From assembly GCA_900617105.1 (NCBI GenBank), contig UYFQ01000001.1:2232001-2296000 (forward strand): 64,000 nucleotides of DNA, given 5' to 3'. Within the stretch, counting starts at the first letter, position 1, and every line of letters starts with the position of its first letter. The stretch is from Hydrurus foetidus (Eukaryota). Under the pieces are notes generated by a model, which saw nothing but the letters and a program-made list of their open reading frames with translations, searched no databases and was not told where the DNA came from. This document shows positions 52,199-61,976 of the stretch, piece after piece. The translations under genes and the position numbers were made by a program.

Positions 52199-53638
52199 AT
52201 GGGTCAAAAGCTCAAGATAGTTGGTTGGGTATCGATTGGTGTGGTGGCCGGTGCGTTGACCACCGTGCAACTACAGGCTGTAGCGCGCGGCGGGCTTGCG
52301 CCCCTGCCGCTTGAGGAGTTGCAGCAGCTCGCCAACGTGTTTGGCATGGTCAAGTCTGACTATGTTGAGCCTGTGGATGAGAAAAAACTCATTTCAGATG
52401 CCATTACTGGCATGGTGGCCAGCCTCGATCCGCACTCAGCCTACTTTGATAAAAAATCGTTCAAAGAATTTCGCGAAGGCACCAGCGGGCGGTTTGTCGG
52501 CGTGGGCATTGAAATCAGCCAGGAAGACGGCTTGGTCAAAGTGGTGTCCCCCATCGAGGGTTCTCCGGCCGACCGAGCAGGCTTAAAGCCGAACGACTTG
52601 ATCACGAAAATTGACGACACTTTCGTAAAGGGCCTGTCCCTGAACGACGCAGTCAAAAAAATGCGCGGTGAGCCAAAAAGTAAAGTTCTGCTGACCATTT
52701 TCCGCAAAGACGAAAACCGCAGCTTCCCGGTCACGATCGTCCGCGAAGAAATCCGTACGCAATCCGTGCGCAGCAAGGTCATGGAACCGGGCTATGCATG
52801 GGTTCGTTTAAGCCAGTTTCAGGAACGCACGGTAGACGACTTTGCGACCAAAATCGAAGCCATTTACAAGCAAGAACCGAACCTCAAGGGCCTGGTGCTG
52901 GACCTGCGCAATGATCCAGGTGGTTTGCTTGATGCTGCAGTCGCCATTTCCGCCGCGTTTTTACCTGAAAACGTGGTGGTCGTGTCCACCAACGGGCAAC
53001 TGGCAGAAAGCAAGTTCACCTACAAGGCCGCACCAGAGTTTTACCTGCGCCGCGCTGGCAATGACCCGCTGAAGCGGCTGCCCGCCGCGCTCAAAACCGT
53101 GCCGCTGGTGGTGCTGGTCAATGAAGGCTCGGCTTCGGCCAGCGAAATCGTCGCAGGCGCGCTCCAAGACCACAAACGCGCCACCGTGATGGGCAACCAG
53201 ACCTTCGGCAAAGGCTCAGTGCAAACCGTGCGGCCGCTAGGGCCAGACACCGGGATCAAGCTGACCACTGCGCGCTACTACACGCCTAGCGGCAAGTCGA
53301 TTCAAGCCAAGGGCATCATTCCCGATGTGATGATCGACGAGACGCTCGAAGGCAGCCCGTTTGCTGCTTTGCGGACTCGCGAAGCTGACCTCGAGAAACA
53401 CTTGGGCAGCGGTCAAGGTGCTGAAGTCAAAGACGCTAACCGTGAAAAAGCACGCGAACTGGCTTTGAAGCGCCTCGAAGAAGAAAACAAAAAAACGCCT
53501 GAACAGCGCCGCCCACCCGAGCTGGGAAGTGACAAAGACTTTCCGCTGCTGCAGGCTATCAATCAGCTGAAGGGTCGCCCGGTGATCGTCAGCAAGACAG
53601 CAATCGTTGAGAACAAAAACGACAAAAAAGACAATTGA
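52199..53638 (+). CDS. S41 family carboxyl-terminal processing protease (CtpA-like)
   Basis: LDPHS, PDZ domain, DLRNDPGG, SASASEIVAGALQD and TFGKGSVQ motifs. Confidence 0.95.
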   Translation: MGQKLKIVGWVSIGVVAGALTTVQLQAVARGGLAPLPLEELQQLANVFGMVKSDYVEPVDEKKLISDAITGMVASLDPHSAYFDKKSFKEFREGTSGRFVGVGIEISQEDGLVKVVSPIEGSPADRAGLKPNDLITKIDDTFVKGLSLNDAVKKMRGEPKSKVLLTIFRKDENRSFPVTIVREEIRTQSVRSKVMEPGYAWVRLSQFQERTVDDFATKIEAIYKQEPNLKGLVLDLRNDPGGLLDAAVAISAAFLPENVVVVSTNGQLAESKFTYKAAPEFYLRRAGNDPLKRLPAALKTVPLVVLVNEGSASASEIVAGALQDHKRATVMGNQTFGKGSVQTVRPLGPDTGIKLTTARYYTPSGKSIQAKGIIPDVMIDETLEGSPFAALRTREADLEKHLGSGQGAEVKDANREKARELALKRLEEENKKTPEQRRPPELGSDKDFPLLQAINQLKGRPVIVSKTAIVENKNDKKDN

Positions 53639-53669
53639 ACTGCTAACAGGCACCCGTGAGAACTGAGGC

Positions 53670-54419
53670 GTGAACGACGCACAATTGTTGCGCTATTCGC
53701 GCCATATTTTGCTAGACGAGGTCGGCATTGAAGGCCAGCAACTGCTGCTGGCATCTCATGCGCTCATCATCGGCGCTGGCGGGCTAGGCTCACCAGCGGC
53801 GCTGTATCTGGGCAGCGCAGGGGTGGGGCACATCACAGTGGTAGACCGCGACACCGTTGATGCAACCAACTTGCAACGGCAAATCGCCCACACCACAGCC
53901 GATGTAGGGACGCTTAAAGCGCAGTCAATCAAACGCGCAATTGCAGCTATCAATCCCGACGTGCAAGTAACTGTTGCAGCGCAACGTGCTGACGCCGCCT
54001 TACTGAGTAAGCTGGTTGGTCAAGTGGATGTCGTGCTCGACTGCACAGACAACTTTGCAACGCGCCACGCCATCAATCGCGCTTGCGTTGAACATATCAA
54101 GCCGCTAGTGTCTGGCGCCGCGATTCGCTTTGATGGGCAGGTTGCTGTTTATGACTCGCGCGACGCGCTGTCGCCCTGCTATGCCTGCGTGTTCCCTGAG
54201 GCCAGCCGCCCCGAAGAAGCACAGTGCGCCACCATGGGCGTGTTCGCGCCCCTGGTCGGCATTATTGGCAGCATGCAGGCAGCTGAGGCACTCAAGCTGC
54301 TCGCCAAATTGGGGGGGTCGCTGAACGGCCGCCTCTTGATGCTGGACGGCCGCAACATGACGTGGAGCGAGCTGCGCATTCCGCGGGACAGCGCATGCCG
54401 GGTTTGCGGCATTCACTGA
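53670..54419 (+). CDS. HesA/MoeB/ThiF family adenylyltransferase
   Basis: RYSRHILL, GAGGLGS, NLQRQ, DCTDNF, CYAC and CRVC motifs. Confidence 0.93.
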   Translation: MNDAQLLRYSRHILLDEVGIEGQQLLLASHALIIGAGGLGSPAALYLGSAGVGHITVVDRDTVDATNLQRQIAHTTADVGTLKAQSIKRAIAAINPDVQVTVAAQRADAALLSKLVGQVDVVLDCTDNFATRHAINRACVEHIKPLVSGAAIRFDGQVAVYDSRDALSPCYACVFPEASRPEEAQCATMGVFAPLVGIIGSMQAAEALKLLAKLGGSLNGRLLMLDGRNMTWSELRIPRDSACRVCGIH

Positions 54420-56407
54420 CCTGTTGTTTTCAGCTTAACTTTACTCTTGGGGCTTGCTGCAACCGCCAGTGCTCCCGTGCAATCGGCGTCTTGGCCGGGG
54501 CCGGTCTCAATCGTTGCCAGCAGTGCCAAAAACGGATTGACCGCGCCCAAGGCGATTGCAAGGCCTGCTCTTCCCACCAAGGCCGCCTTATCTACCCCCG
54601 CACTGGGCACCGCGAATGTCCCCCCAATTTTCAGCGGTGAACGCAAGCTCAAAATACTTTTGTCTTTTGGCTCTGGTTTTAACGTGAGGTCAAGCGTTTC
54701 GTTGGCCAAACTGATTTGCCCACTGCCGTTAACTACCGTGTCTGAAGTGTCCAGCACAATTACCTTGCTGGTCATGAGGCCCTGCTTGACATCGAACGCA
54801 GCTGCCGCACAACGCAGTTGAACATTTCTGTCGCCCCGCAAAAAGAACTTGATGACTTCGCCTCCGTCAAGTCCCAAGTACTCCATCAGCAGGTTGCTTA
54901 TTTCACCTTGCCCCATCAGTACCGCAGCGTCGCCTGTTGCTGAGCCGAGCATTTGCGCCATGGAGTTACCGCTGCCTTTCAAGCCGACTTGGCCACTTAA
55001 CTTGCCGAAGCTGCTTTTAGTGGTTTCAAAGGTGGGAAATAGTTTATTAAGCTGAAGCGAGCGCAAATCGACTTTGATTTCAAACGCCGCAGGTACTGCA
55101 TTGACATCAATCGTGATGTGGCCGGCAAGTGAGCCGCCCGCCACGCCCAGCGCCAGAGGTTCAAGCCGCAAAACGCCGTTATTTAACTTCACATGCACGC
55201 TGCCTTTGTCGAGTGGCAGCGCTTCGACATGGCGGATGTCCAGCGCGCTGTAGGTCACGTCCGCATTCATTGCCTTGAGCTTGACCAGATCCAGCGGCGC
55301 TGTCGGTAGAACCCTGCGCGCCAGCTTGCTCGGCGGCGCTGGTTTTTGCACAGGCGCTGCATTGCCTGCCACGGTGGCCAAGGTCGGTGTCGCAACGGTT
55401 TTGGCGGGCAAGCCAATAACCGGCCGTAAGTCATCAAAGTCAAGGAGCTTGGACTGCACCTTGCCCGTCAACAACGCAATTGGTTGTGAAGGGTCAAAAC
55501 TGAGTTCGCCGATCAAATCTGAGTTGCCCAGAACGCCGCGAATCTGACTTGCCGACCATACCTCGTTACGCTTGTTTAATTGCCCACGCAACTTGTAGGG
55601 CGGGGTCGAGGGTAGTACGACGCCTGCCAGTTTGTACAGCTCGTCTAGGTTGCGGCCCTGAATTTCAAAGGCGAAGTCAAGACCAGAAAATTCGCGCAAA
55701 TTCTCAACTACGCCTTTGGCTTTGACTTTGGTCTTGCCTAACTGCGCGTTGACCTCCAGCGGGAAAGAGGCAGTTAAATCGCGACTTAATGTGACCACCC
55801 CGCCGGAACGACCTGTAGCTGTGAAGGCCTCGTTTTTCCACTTACCACTTACCTGGAATCGCAACGGCAATGCTTTGGCATCTTCGGCAGTAAGCGAAAA
55901 AAGTACTTTCATGTCCGCGCCCTGCTGCGCCGCGCGATATTTGAGCGTGCCTTGGTCTACCGTCACTGTGCCGATGTTGGGCGTTGCATTCGTATCGGAG
56001 GTGTCGCGGGAAAGCGCCCAAGTTCGCCTGCCATCAGGCTCGATTTGCAGGCCGATCTGCGGGTCGAAAAGCGCAACCCGCGGCAAGTTGACATGGCCAA
56101 AAAGCAAAGGCCATAACTCGATGTCAAATTCAGCCGCTTTCGCTTTGATCAAAAATGGCTCGCTTGCCCACTCGGGGTTGGCCAGCACCAAACCGTCTGC
56201 GCGAACGGTTGTGGTGAGCCCCACGTCGACTGACAGGCGCTCAGTGATTTCAAACTGTCGGCCCAATTGCTCTGACACGTAACGGTTGATTGGGCCACGA
56301 AGCATGTCCCATGGGAAAAACAAAACGCCCAACACAAACAAGGCAAGCGCCAAGACCACGCCAAGCAGTCGCAGGTATGCAGCCTTTGTAAAAAGGCCAG
56401 CCGTCAT
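54413..56407 (-). CDS. AsmA-family protein (YhjG-like)
   Basis: N-terminal TM helix; LANPEWA, LPSTPPY, LRCAAAAF and LSLRSPL motifs. Confidence 0.85.
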   Translation of the reverse strand: MTAGLFTKAAYLRLLGVVLALALFVLGVLFFPWDMLRGPINRYVSEQLGRQFEITERLSVDVGLTTTVRADGLVLANPEWASEPFLIKAKAAEFDIELWPLLFGHVNLPRVALFDPQIGLQIEPDGRRTWALSRDTSDTNATPNIGTVTVDQGTLKYRAAQQGADMKVLFSLTAEDAKALPLRFQVSGKWKNEAFTATGRSGGVVTLSRDLTASFPLEVNAQLGKTKVKAKGVVENLREFSGLDFAFEIQGRNLDELYKLAGVVLPSTPPYKLRGQLNKRNEVWSASQIRGVLGNSDLIGELSFDPSQPIALLTGKVQSKLLDFDDLRPVIGLPAKTVATPTLATVAGNAAPVQKPAPPSKLARRVLPTAPLDLVKLKAMNADVTYSALDIRHVEALPLDKGSVHVKLNNGVLRLEPLALGVAGGSLAGHITIDVNAVPAAFEIKVDLRSLQLNKLFPTFETTKSSFGKLSGQVGLKGSGNSMAQMLGSATGDAAVLMGQGEISNLLMEYLGLDGGEVIKFFLRGDRNVQLRCAAAAFDVKQGLMTSKVIVLDTSDTVVNGSGQISLANETLDLTLKPEPKDKSILSLRSPLKIGGTFAVPSAGVDKAALVGRAGLAIALGAVNPFLALLATIETGPGQDADCTGALAVAASPKSKVKLKTTGQ

Positions 56408-56609
56408 GGTTGATGCCCTGAGTAAATTCACCTGTTAAATTGTGGCCACGCAAACAGCACGCGAGGGTGGGAAACTGCAGCTGAAAGCTGTGGGCGGATA
56501 TCTATTTAACTTCGGGATAAGCGGACGTCCTACAAGGCAAGCGCCTTACCGGGCGCAAAATGCCTTGGGACTACTGCGCATCGCTCAAACAAGCTTCAGG
56601 ACAAGACCC

Positions 56610-56990
56610 GTGAGACTCAAAACCTATCTTGTAGAAGACAACCCAACTATTCGGGACAACCTGATTGCCACGCTTGATGAGCTTGCTGCCGTCGATATGG
56701 TGGGCACCTCCGACAACGAAAACGATGGCAAAGCATGGCTACAAGATCAGCACAACGATTGGGACTTGGCGATACTTGATTTGTTTTTAAAGCAAGGCAG
56801 CGGCTTGGGCGTGCTGGCTGCCTGCGGCACAAGAAAAACCACCCAAAAAGTAGTGGTGCTCAGCAACTATGCAACAGCGGACGTGCGCAGGCGGTGTACG
56901 CAGATGGGCGTGGACGCCGTATTCGATAAATCCAACGAAATTGACGCGCTGGTAGAGTTTTGCAAACAGCAGTCTGCAGGCGCCAACTGA
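56610..56990 (+). CDS. Stand-alone receiver-domain response regulator
   Basis: LVEDN...ILDLFLKQGSG...VLSNY...FDKS; GTG start after an AGGA RBS. Confidence 0.88.
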   Translation: MRLKTYLVEDNPTIRDNLIATLDELAAVDMVGTSDNENDGKAWLQDQHNDWDLAILDLFLKQGSGLGVLAACGTRKTTQKVVVLSNYATADVRRRCTQMGVDAVFDKSNEIDALVEFCKQQSAGAN

Positions 56991-57026
56991 TCGAGCATGT
57001 CAATTTCCTACGCCAGCGGCGATGCG

Positions 57027-57659
57027 TCAGTCAATCAGTTTGTTCTTGAGCGCGTAGTAGGTCAAATCGCTGTTGGAAGCGAGGCTCATTTTTTCCATGA
57101 CTCGGGTACGGTAGGTACTGACGGTCTTGACGCTCAGGGAAAGATCTTTAGCGATGTTGCCCGCCGTCACGCCTTTTGCCAATTTCAGAAAAACCTGAAA
57201 TTCACGCTCGGACAGCTGCTCATGCGAGGCCATGTCTTGCGGTCGGTTCAGCTGCTGTGCCAAGAGTTCTGCCACGCTAGGCGTGATGTGCCGTTTGCCC
57301 AGCGAAATAACGCGTATGGCGTTCACGATTTCCATGGGGTCGCATTCTTTGTTCAAGTAGCCGCTGGCGCCCTGGCGAATAAGGTTCACCGCGTAGTGTT
57401 CTTCGGGGTAACCGCTCAAAATCAAAATGCCCACATCGGGGGCTTTGGCGCGAATCATGGCCATGGCATCGATACCGCTTTGGCCGGGCATAGATAAGTC
57501 CATGACCAGAACGTCCAGCTCAACGTTGCGCACCAGATCAATCGCCTCACGACCACTAGCAGCTTCGCCCTCAACTCGCAGGTCAACGTGTTCGCTGAAA
57601 AACTGTTTTAGCCCTGACCGGACGATGGCGTGGTCGTCCACAATACCTACTTTTATCAT
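57027..57659 (-). CDS. NarL/UvrY-like response regulator
   Basis: IVDDHAIVR, MDLSMPG, LSEREFQV and SVKTVSTYR motifs. Confidence 0.95.
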   Translation of the reverse strand: MIKVGIVDDHAIVRSGLKQFFSEHVDLRVEGEAASGREAIDLVRNVELDVLVMDLSMPGQSGIDAMAMIRAKAPDVGILILSGYPEEHYAVNLIRQGASGYLNKECDPMEIVNAIRVISLGKRHITPSVAELLAQQLNRPQDMASHEQLSEREFQVFLKLAKGVTAGNIAKDLSLSVKTVSTYRTRVMEKMSLASNSDLTYYALKNKLID

Positions 57660-57736
57660 GTTGCTGCCTTTTTATGACGCGTTTGTAGTGTTGATTATTG
57701 ACGCGCTGCCCTTTAATGCGTGTAGGAGGATTTCCC

Positions 57737-59095
57737 GTGACGTTTTTAAAAAAATTCAAATGGCCCGCTTGGCTGACAGGCATGGCCATCAGCTTACCGC
57801 TGGCAGTAGTGGCTGTAACGCTGATCGTTTTTATCAATGAAGCAAGTTACCACCGAACAGTGAAGTCGGTAAGCGACATGGAGCAGGCGCAAAGCACTCG
57901 AGGCGCGCTCAATGAACTGATGCAAAGCCTGCTGGATGCAGAAACCGGCCAACGCGGCTATCTACTTACGGGCAATCGAATTTACCTTGAGCCGTACTTC
58001 GAAACACTTAAAACAATCAACCAGCAACTAGACCAGTTGCGCGCTACGTTCAGCGCCGACCCAGCGACATTAAATGATTTTGGCGTCATGTCCAGGCACA
58101 TCTCGCGCAAGTTGGCTGAACTCGATTTAAGCGTGAAAATGCGCGCTGCCAACCAAGAAGACGCTTGGCGTTTTGTGCTCACTACCGATGTTGGCAAAGA
58201 GCAAATGGACAGCATACGCGTGCAAATCGATAAATTGGCGGCCGGCAGCATTCGCAACACCGAGCGCGGCCAGGCCCAGGTGCGTCGAACACTTCAGCTC
58301 TCCCGCATTGGCATAGGCATCATGGCGCTCGGTGGCTTGCTGGCTTTTTACATGTACCTGTTGCAAACACGGGCATTGCTCAATGCGGGTGTTCGGGAGC
58401 AAGAATCGCTAATGCGGGAGCGAGATCACCTGGACTTACAGGTACGCGAGCGCACGGCCAACCTGGCCGAATTGGCCACGCACTTGCAAAATGTGCGTGA
58501 GGACGAGCGGGGTCATTTAGCAAGGGAGCTGCATGACGAACTTGGCGCATTGCTCACCGCAGCCAAGCTGGATGTGGCCAGACTGAAGTCGCGGATTGGC
58601 GCTTCCCAGCCAGAAGCGATGGAGCGAATTGCACACCTGACCGGCACTCTTAACAACGGTATTGCTTTGAAGCGCCGAATTGTTGAAGACCTGAGGCCGT
58701 CTTCACTGTCGCATTTGGGTTTGGTTGCGTCGCTGGAAATTTTGGCGCGTGAATTTGAAGAGCGATCAGAAATCAGCATTACCACTGACCTTGAATCGGT
58801 TGAGCTGGGCGGATCTGCGCAATTAACGGCTTACCGGTTGGTGCAAGAGTCGCTGACCAACATTGGCAAGTACGCCAACGCTACGCAAATTGTTATCAGC
58901 TTGCAAAATCAGGCTGGCTATACGCTGGTTGAGGTCACAGACAACGGCTCGGGGTTTGACGTCAGCCGCATTACAGCAAGTAGTCACGGCATCAACGGTA
59001 TGCGCCACCGCGTAGAAGCTGCAGGTGGAAAATTGACAATCACCAGCGCCCCCGGTGCAGGCACGCGCATCAGCGCGGTTTTGCCAAAAGGCTAA
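57737..59095 (+). CDS. CHASE3-domain sensor histidine kinase (HisKA_3 type)
   Basis: DAETGQRGYLLTG (CHASE3), ARELHDELG, QESLTNI and DNGSGF motifs; GTG at 57737 follows AGGAGGA. Confidence 0.93.
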   Translation: MTFLKKFKWPAWLTGMAISLPLAVVAVTLIVFINEASYHRTVKSVSDMEQAQSTRGALNELMQSLLDAETGQRGYLLTGNRIYLEPYFETLKTINQQLDQLRATFSADPATLNDFGVMSRHISRKLAELDLSVKMRAANQEDAWRFVLTTDVGKEQMDSIRVQIDKLAAGSIRNTERGQAQVRRTLQLSRIGIGIMALGGLLAFYMYLLQTRALLNAGVREQESLMRERDHLDLQVRERTANLAELATHLQNVREDERGHLARELHDELGALLTAAKLDVARLKSRIGASQPEAMERIAHLTGTLNNGIALKRRIVEDLRPSSLSHLGLVASLEILAREFEERSEISITTDLESVELGGSAQLTAYRLVQESLTNIGKYANATQIVISLQNQAGYTLVEVTDNGSGFDVSRITASSHGINGMRHRVEAAGGKLTITSAPGAGTRISAVLPKG

Positions 59096-59282
59096 CCGCC
59101 CTTCGTTAAAACTGTCAGCCGCAGACTACAGCTGCATGCTCGCCTGACTGACAGAGCGCTGCGGCAGCAACCGATTCAGCAATCTGTTCGCTGGGCATAT
59201 TCTTTACCCATGAATTTGCAGAGCGGGCTTACCCAGCAGCCTCTGCGAAATAGCTCCAACTTTTATTTATCGGGAACCCTGC

Positions 59283-59447
59283 ATGCTGCACTACTCCGTC
59301 GTTTTTCTTGTCATCGCACTGGTTGCTGCTATTTTTGGTTTCGGCGGCATTGCAGCTGGCGCCGTTGAAATTGCAAAAATTCTTTTCTTCATTTTTGCCG
59401 CTATGGCGATCATCAGTTTTGTGATCAGCCTTGTGAAAAAGAACTGA
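59283..59447 (+). CDS. DUF1328 (YtjA-like) small membrane protein, 54 aa, absent from the ORF track
   Basis: [54 protein letters not shown], read by hand. Confidence 0.92.
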   Translation: MLHYSVVFLVIALVAAIFGFGGIAAGAVEIAKILFFIFAAMAIISFVISLVKKN

Positions 59448-59532
59448 GCAACGCCTGACCCGCACGCCATTCGCTGCACACCATTCACTTCACACCTTTG
59501 ACTAGTCAGAACTTAGTCCACCTTCCCAACCA

Positions 59533-59533
59533 C

Positions 59534-59565
<32 letters not shown>

Positions 59566-59588
59566 ACCCGCAACCCGCAACCCGCAAC
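59533..59588 (+). repeat. Heptamer tandem repeat (CCTCAAC)5(CCGCAAC)3
   Basis: Eight contiguous 7-bp units ending just before the AAGGA RBS of the next gene. Confidence 0.95.
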
Positions 59589-59602
59589 CAAGGAACTTCA
59601 TC

Positions 59603-59962
59603 ATGATCACCACCGCTACCAATTCTTCTTCAGACTCCTTGATGACGTCCGCAGACCGCACTATCGATTCAGCCCGTGCCCAGGCTGGCAACGTTTTGCA
59701 CTCAGCCAATGAAAAGGTTCAGGCACTCACCGATACCCTCGAGCCGCAGTTAGACAGACTGTCAAATAAAGCGAAGGCTATGGCGAATCAAGGCATGGAC
59801 ATGGCAGTGCACGCCAAAGAAAAGGCCGAGCGGTCACTGACCCACTACAGCGACGCCACAAGCCGTTATGTGTCGGAAAAGCCTGTGCAATCTGTCGTGA
59901 TGGCAGCTGCAGCAGGCGCTGCACTGGCGTGGCTCATCTCTGCTGCGGTACGCCGCGCTTAA
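59603..59962 (+). CDS. ElaB/YqjD (DUF883)-like tail-anchored protein
   Basis: Helical Ala/Gln-rich body, YVSEKPVQSV followed by a C-terminal TM helix and RR. Confidence 0.75.
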   Translation: MITTATNSSSDSLMTSADRTIDSARAQAGNVLHSANEKVQALTDTLEPQLDRLSNKAKAMANQGMDMAVHAKEKAERSLTHYSDATSRYVSEKPVQSVVMAAAAGAALAWLISAAVRRA

Positions 59963-59989
59963 GGCGAATGCACCGGTCAGACGCTGCTT

Positions 59990-60355
59990 ATGTTGCATCC
60001 CCTTTTTTCCGCAGCCATTCAGCGGCCAGACCTCGTCATAGGTCATCTTTATGCGTATGTCGCGTTAATCGGCGACGAGGCAAAGGGTGCCAGCTCACAG
60101 TTGCTGACAAGAGTGGTGGCGGCGTTCTTGGCCGCGCTGTGCGCCGCTGTTTTCTTGACAATGACCGGGGTGGCTGTGATGCTTGGATTTTCTCAAGCAC
60201 AGTTCCACTGGGCATTGGTTGCGGTACCCGCAAGCGCGCTGGTTTTAACACTGCTGGCAATCTTTAAAGCGACCCAGCCCGCCTCAACGGACGCGTTTGT
60301 CGAACTCAAGACTCAGCTGGACAAAGACTTGGCCATGTTGACGACGTCGACCTGA
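59990..60355 (+). CDS. YqjE-like two-TM membrane protein
   Basis: Two TM helices and C-terminal F-x-ELKTQLDKD; follows an ElaB/YqjD-like gene. Confidence 0.65.
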   Translation: MLHPLFSAAIQRPDLVIGHLYAYVALIGDEAKGASSQLLTRVVAAFLAALCAAVFLTMTGVAVMLGFSQAQFHWALVAVPASALVLTLLAIFKATQPASTDAFVELKTQLDKDLAMLTTST

Positions 60356-60389
60356 ATCATTGCGCTCGTGTCAGCCCACTAAATTCCCC

Positions 60390-60824
60390 ATGAACGCTTC
60401 TCAAACTCAAACCCCCTTGCAACGGTTGGCGCAAAGCCGTCTGGCCATAGCGCAACAAATGTCCGCAGGCAAACCGGCTGCCGCATCAAGCCGAGCTGGC
60501 GCAAACCCAGCCGCTGCAGCAACCTCAGCAACGCCCGTGTTGACCAAGGCGATTTGGGTTGCGGCTCAATCCTGGTGGCGCAAGCAACCAGCAAGCGTGG
60601 CAATTGATTTGGCCGAACCCGTGTTGGGGATTTACGCTCGTCGATATCCCCTTTGCCTGGTTGCGCTCGCTGCCGGTGTGGGAGCTGCTACAACCTTGTC
60701 CCGGCCATGGCGTTGGGTATCTGGCAAGCAATTGATGTGGCTGGCTGCAAGCTCTGCGGGTGTTCCTGCGCTGCTGCAGTCGTGGTCGGCACAGCGCAAA
60801 GCGGGAGTCAATCACCCTACTTGA
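60390..60824 (+). CDS. Hypothetical protein (position of YqjK in yqjDEK-like clusters)
   Basis: RLAQSRLAI, WWRKQP and RPWRW segments; same strand as its neighbours. Confidence 0.6.
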   Translation: MNASQTQTPLQRLAQSRLAIAQQMSAGKPAAASSRAGANPAAAATSATPVLTKAIWVAAQSWWRKQPASVAIDLAEPVLGIYARRYPLCLVALAAGVGAATTLSRPWRWVSGKQLMWLAASSAGVPALLQSWSAQRKAGVNHPT

Positions 60825-60907
60825 TGCGAACCATTGGAAGATACTAGTTTGGACTCCGGTGAGCGTGGTCAATTCGTTATTGCACTCATTCAAATGAAAG
60901 ATTTCTT

Positions 60908-61462
60908 ATGAAAAAACTCTCACTACTGCCAAGCGCCGAATCAGACACCATGGTGCTAAACACCGTGGCGCTTAAAGCCGCCGAAAAAAGCCTGGACGAC
61001 GGCGCCATCACGCCGGCCTATGGCCCGCATCGCGAAGCCATCATCAAGCTGCTTAACGATTCTTTAGCCACTGAACTGGTGTGTGTGCTGCGCTACAAGC
61101 GGCACCACTTTATGGCAACTGGCTTGGCGTCGCCCAAAATTGCAGAAGAGTTCATGGTGCACGCCAATGAAGAGTCAGCACATGCAGACCGGATTGCCAA
61201 ACGCATTGTTCAATTGGGCGGCGAGCCCGACTTTTCGCCCAACACTCTTTTGGAGCGAAGCCATGCTACTTACGATGATTCGAACGACCTGAAAACCATG
61301 GTCCGCGTTAACTTGATAGCCGAGCGCGTGGCGGTGGAAACCTACCACCAGATGATTGCAATGATTGGTGACAAAGACAGCACAACGCGCCGCATGCTCG
61401 AAGATATATTGGCAGACGAAGAAGAGCATGCCGATGAGCTGGCCGATTGGCTGGAAGAGTAA
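60908..61462 (+). CDS. Ferritin-like/bacterioferritin-family protein
   Basis: LATELVCVLRY, EESAHAD, LIAERVA and DEEEHADEL di-iron ligand motifs. Confidence 0.9.
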   Translation: MKKLSLLPSAESDTMVLNTVALKAAEKSLDDGAITPAYGPHREAIIKLLNDSLATELVCVLRYKRHHFMATGLASPKIAEEFMVHANEESAHADRIAKRIVQLGGEPDFSPNTLLERSHATYDDSNDLKTMVRVNLIAERVAVETYHQMIAMIGDKDSTTRRMLEDILADEEEHADELADWLEE

Positions 61463-61560
61463 CCACGGGTCCCTGTCTGTTCGCTGGCGTGGTGCCGTGG
61501 GTGAGCAGACTTTTTAGTAGCTTTGCACCAACTTTATTAAAACTTACCTGAGGAAATCTT

Positions 61561-61887
61561 ATGAACTACACACGTACTGCCGCACTGGTGTGCGCCTTCG
61601 CCGCTTTAACTGGTATGACTGTTTTATCCACCGGCTGCGCCGTTGTCCGTGGGCAAGAAACTACAGGTGCTTATGTTGACGACGCTGCAATCACCACGTC
61701 CGTCAAGGCCAAAATGATTGAAGACAAAACCGTGGCGGCGTCTTCCATCAGCGTTGAAACTTTGAATGGCACGGTTCAGTTGTCTGGCTTTGCCAAGTCT
61801 GGCGCCGAAAAAGCGCAAGCCGAAGCAATTGCGCGCGGTGTCAAAAATGTACGTGCGGTTCGCAACGACATCGTTGTTCGTCCTTAA
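61561..61887 (+). CDS. BON-domain lipoprotein (OsmY-like)
   Basis: Lipobox STGC; DDAAITTSVKA...ISVETLNGTVQLSGF. Confidence 0.92.
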   Translation: MNYTRTAALVCAFAALTGMTVLSTGCAVVRGQETTGAYVDDAAITTSVKAKMIEDKTVAASSISVETLNGTVQLSGFAKSGAEKAQAEAIARGVKNVRAVRNDIVVRP

Positions 61888-61976
61888 ACGTGAATCTTGC
61901 CGCCTGGAAGCATTGGGCTTTAGGCGGCAATTCGAAGTGCTTTGATTTCTACCCCCACAATTAGGGGCCGCAAGCA

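Noticed and set aside
59498..59602. N-terminal extension LNPQPSTLNPQPATRNPQP of the ElaB-like ORF
   Set aside because: It is only the translation of the heptamer repeat from a TTG; a clear AAGGA RBS precedes ATG 59603.
59990..60355. Prophage, suggested by the holin-like label often given to YqjE-type proteins
   Set aside because: No endolysin, structural or integrase genes are present, and the context is a stress-gene cluster.
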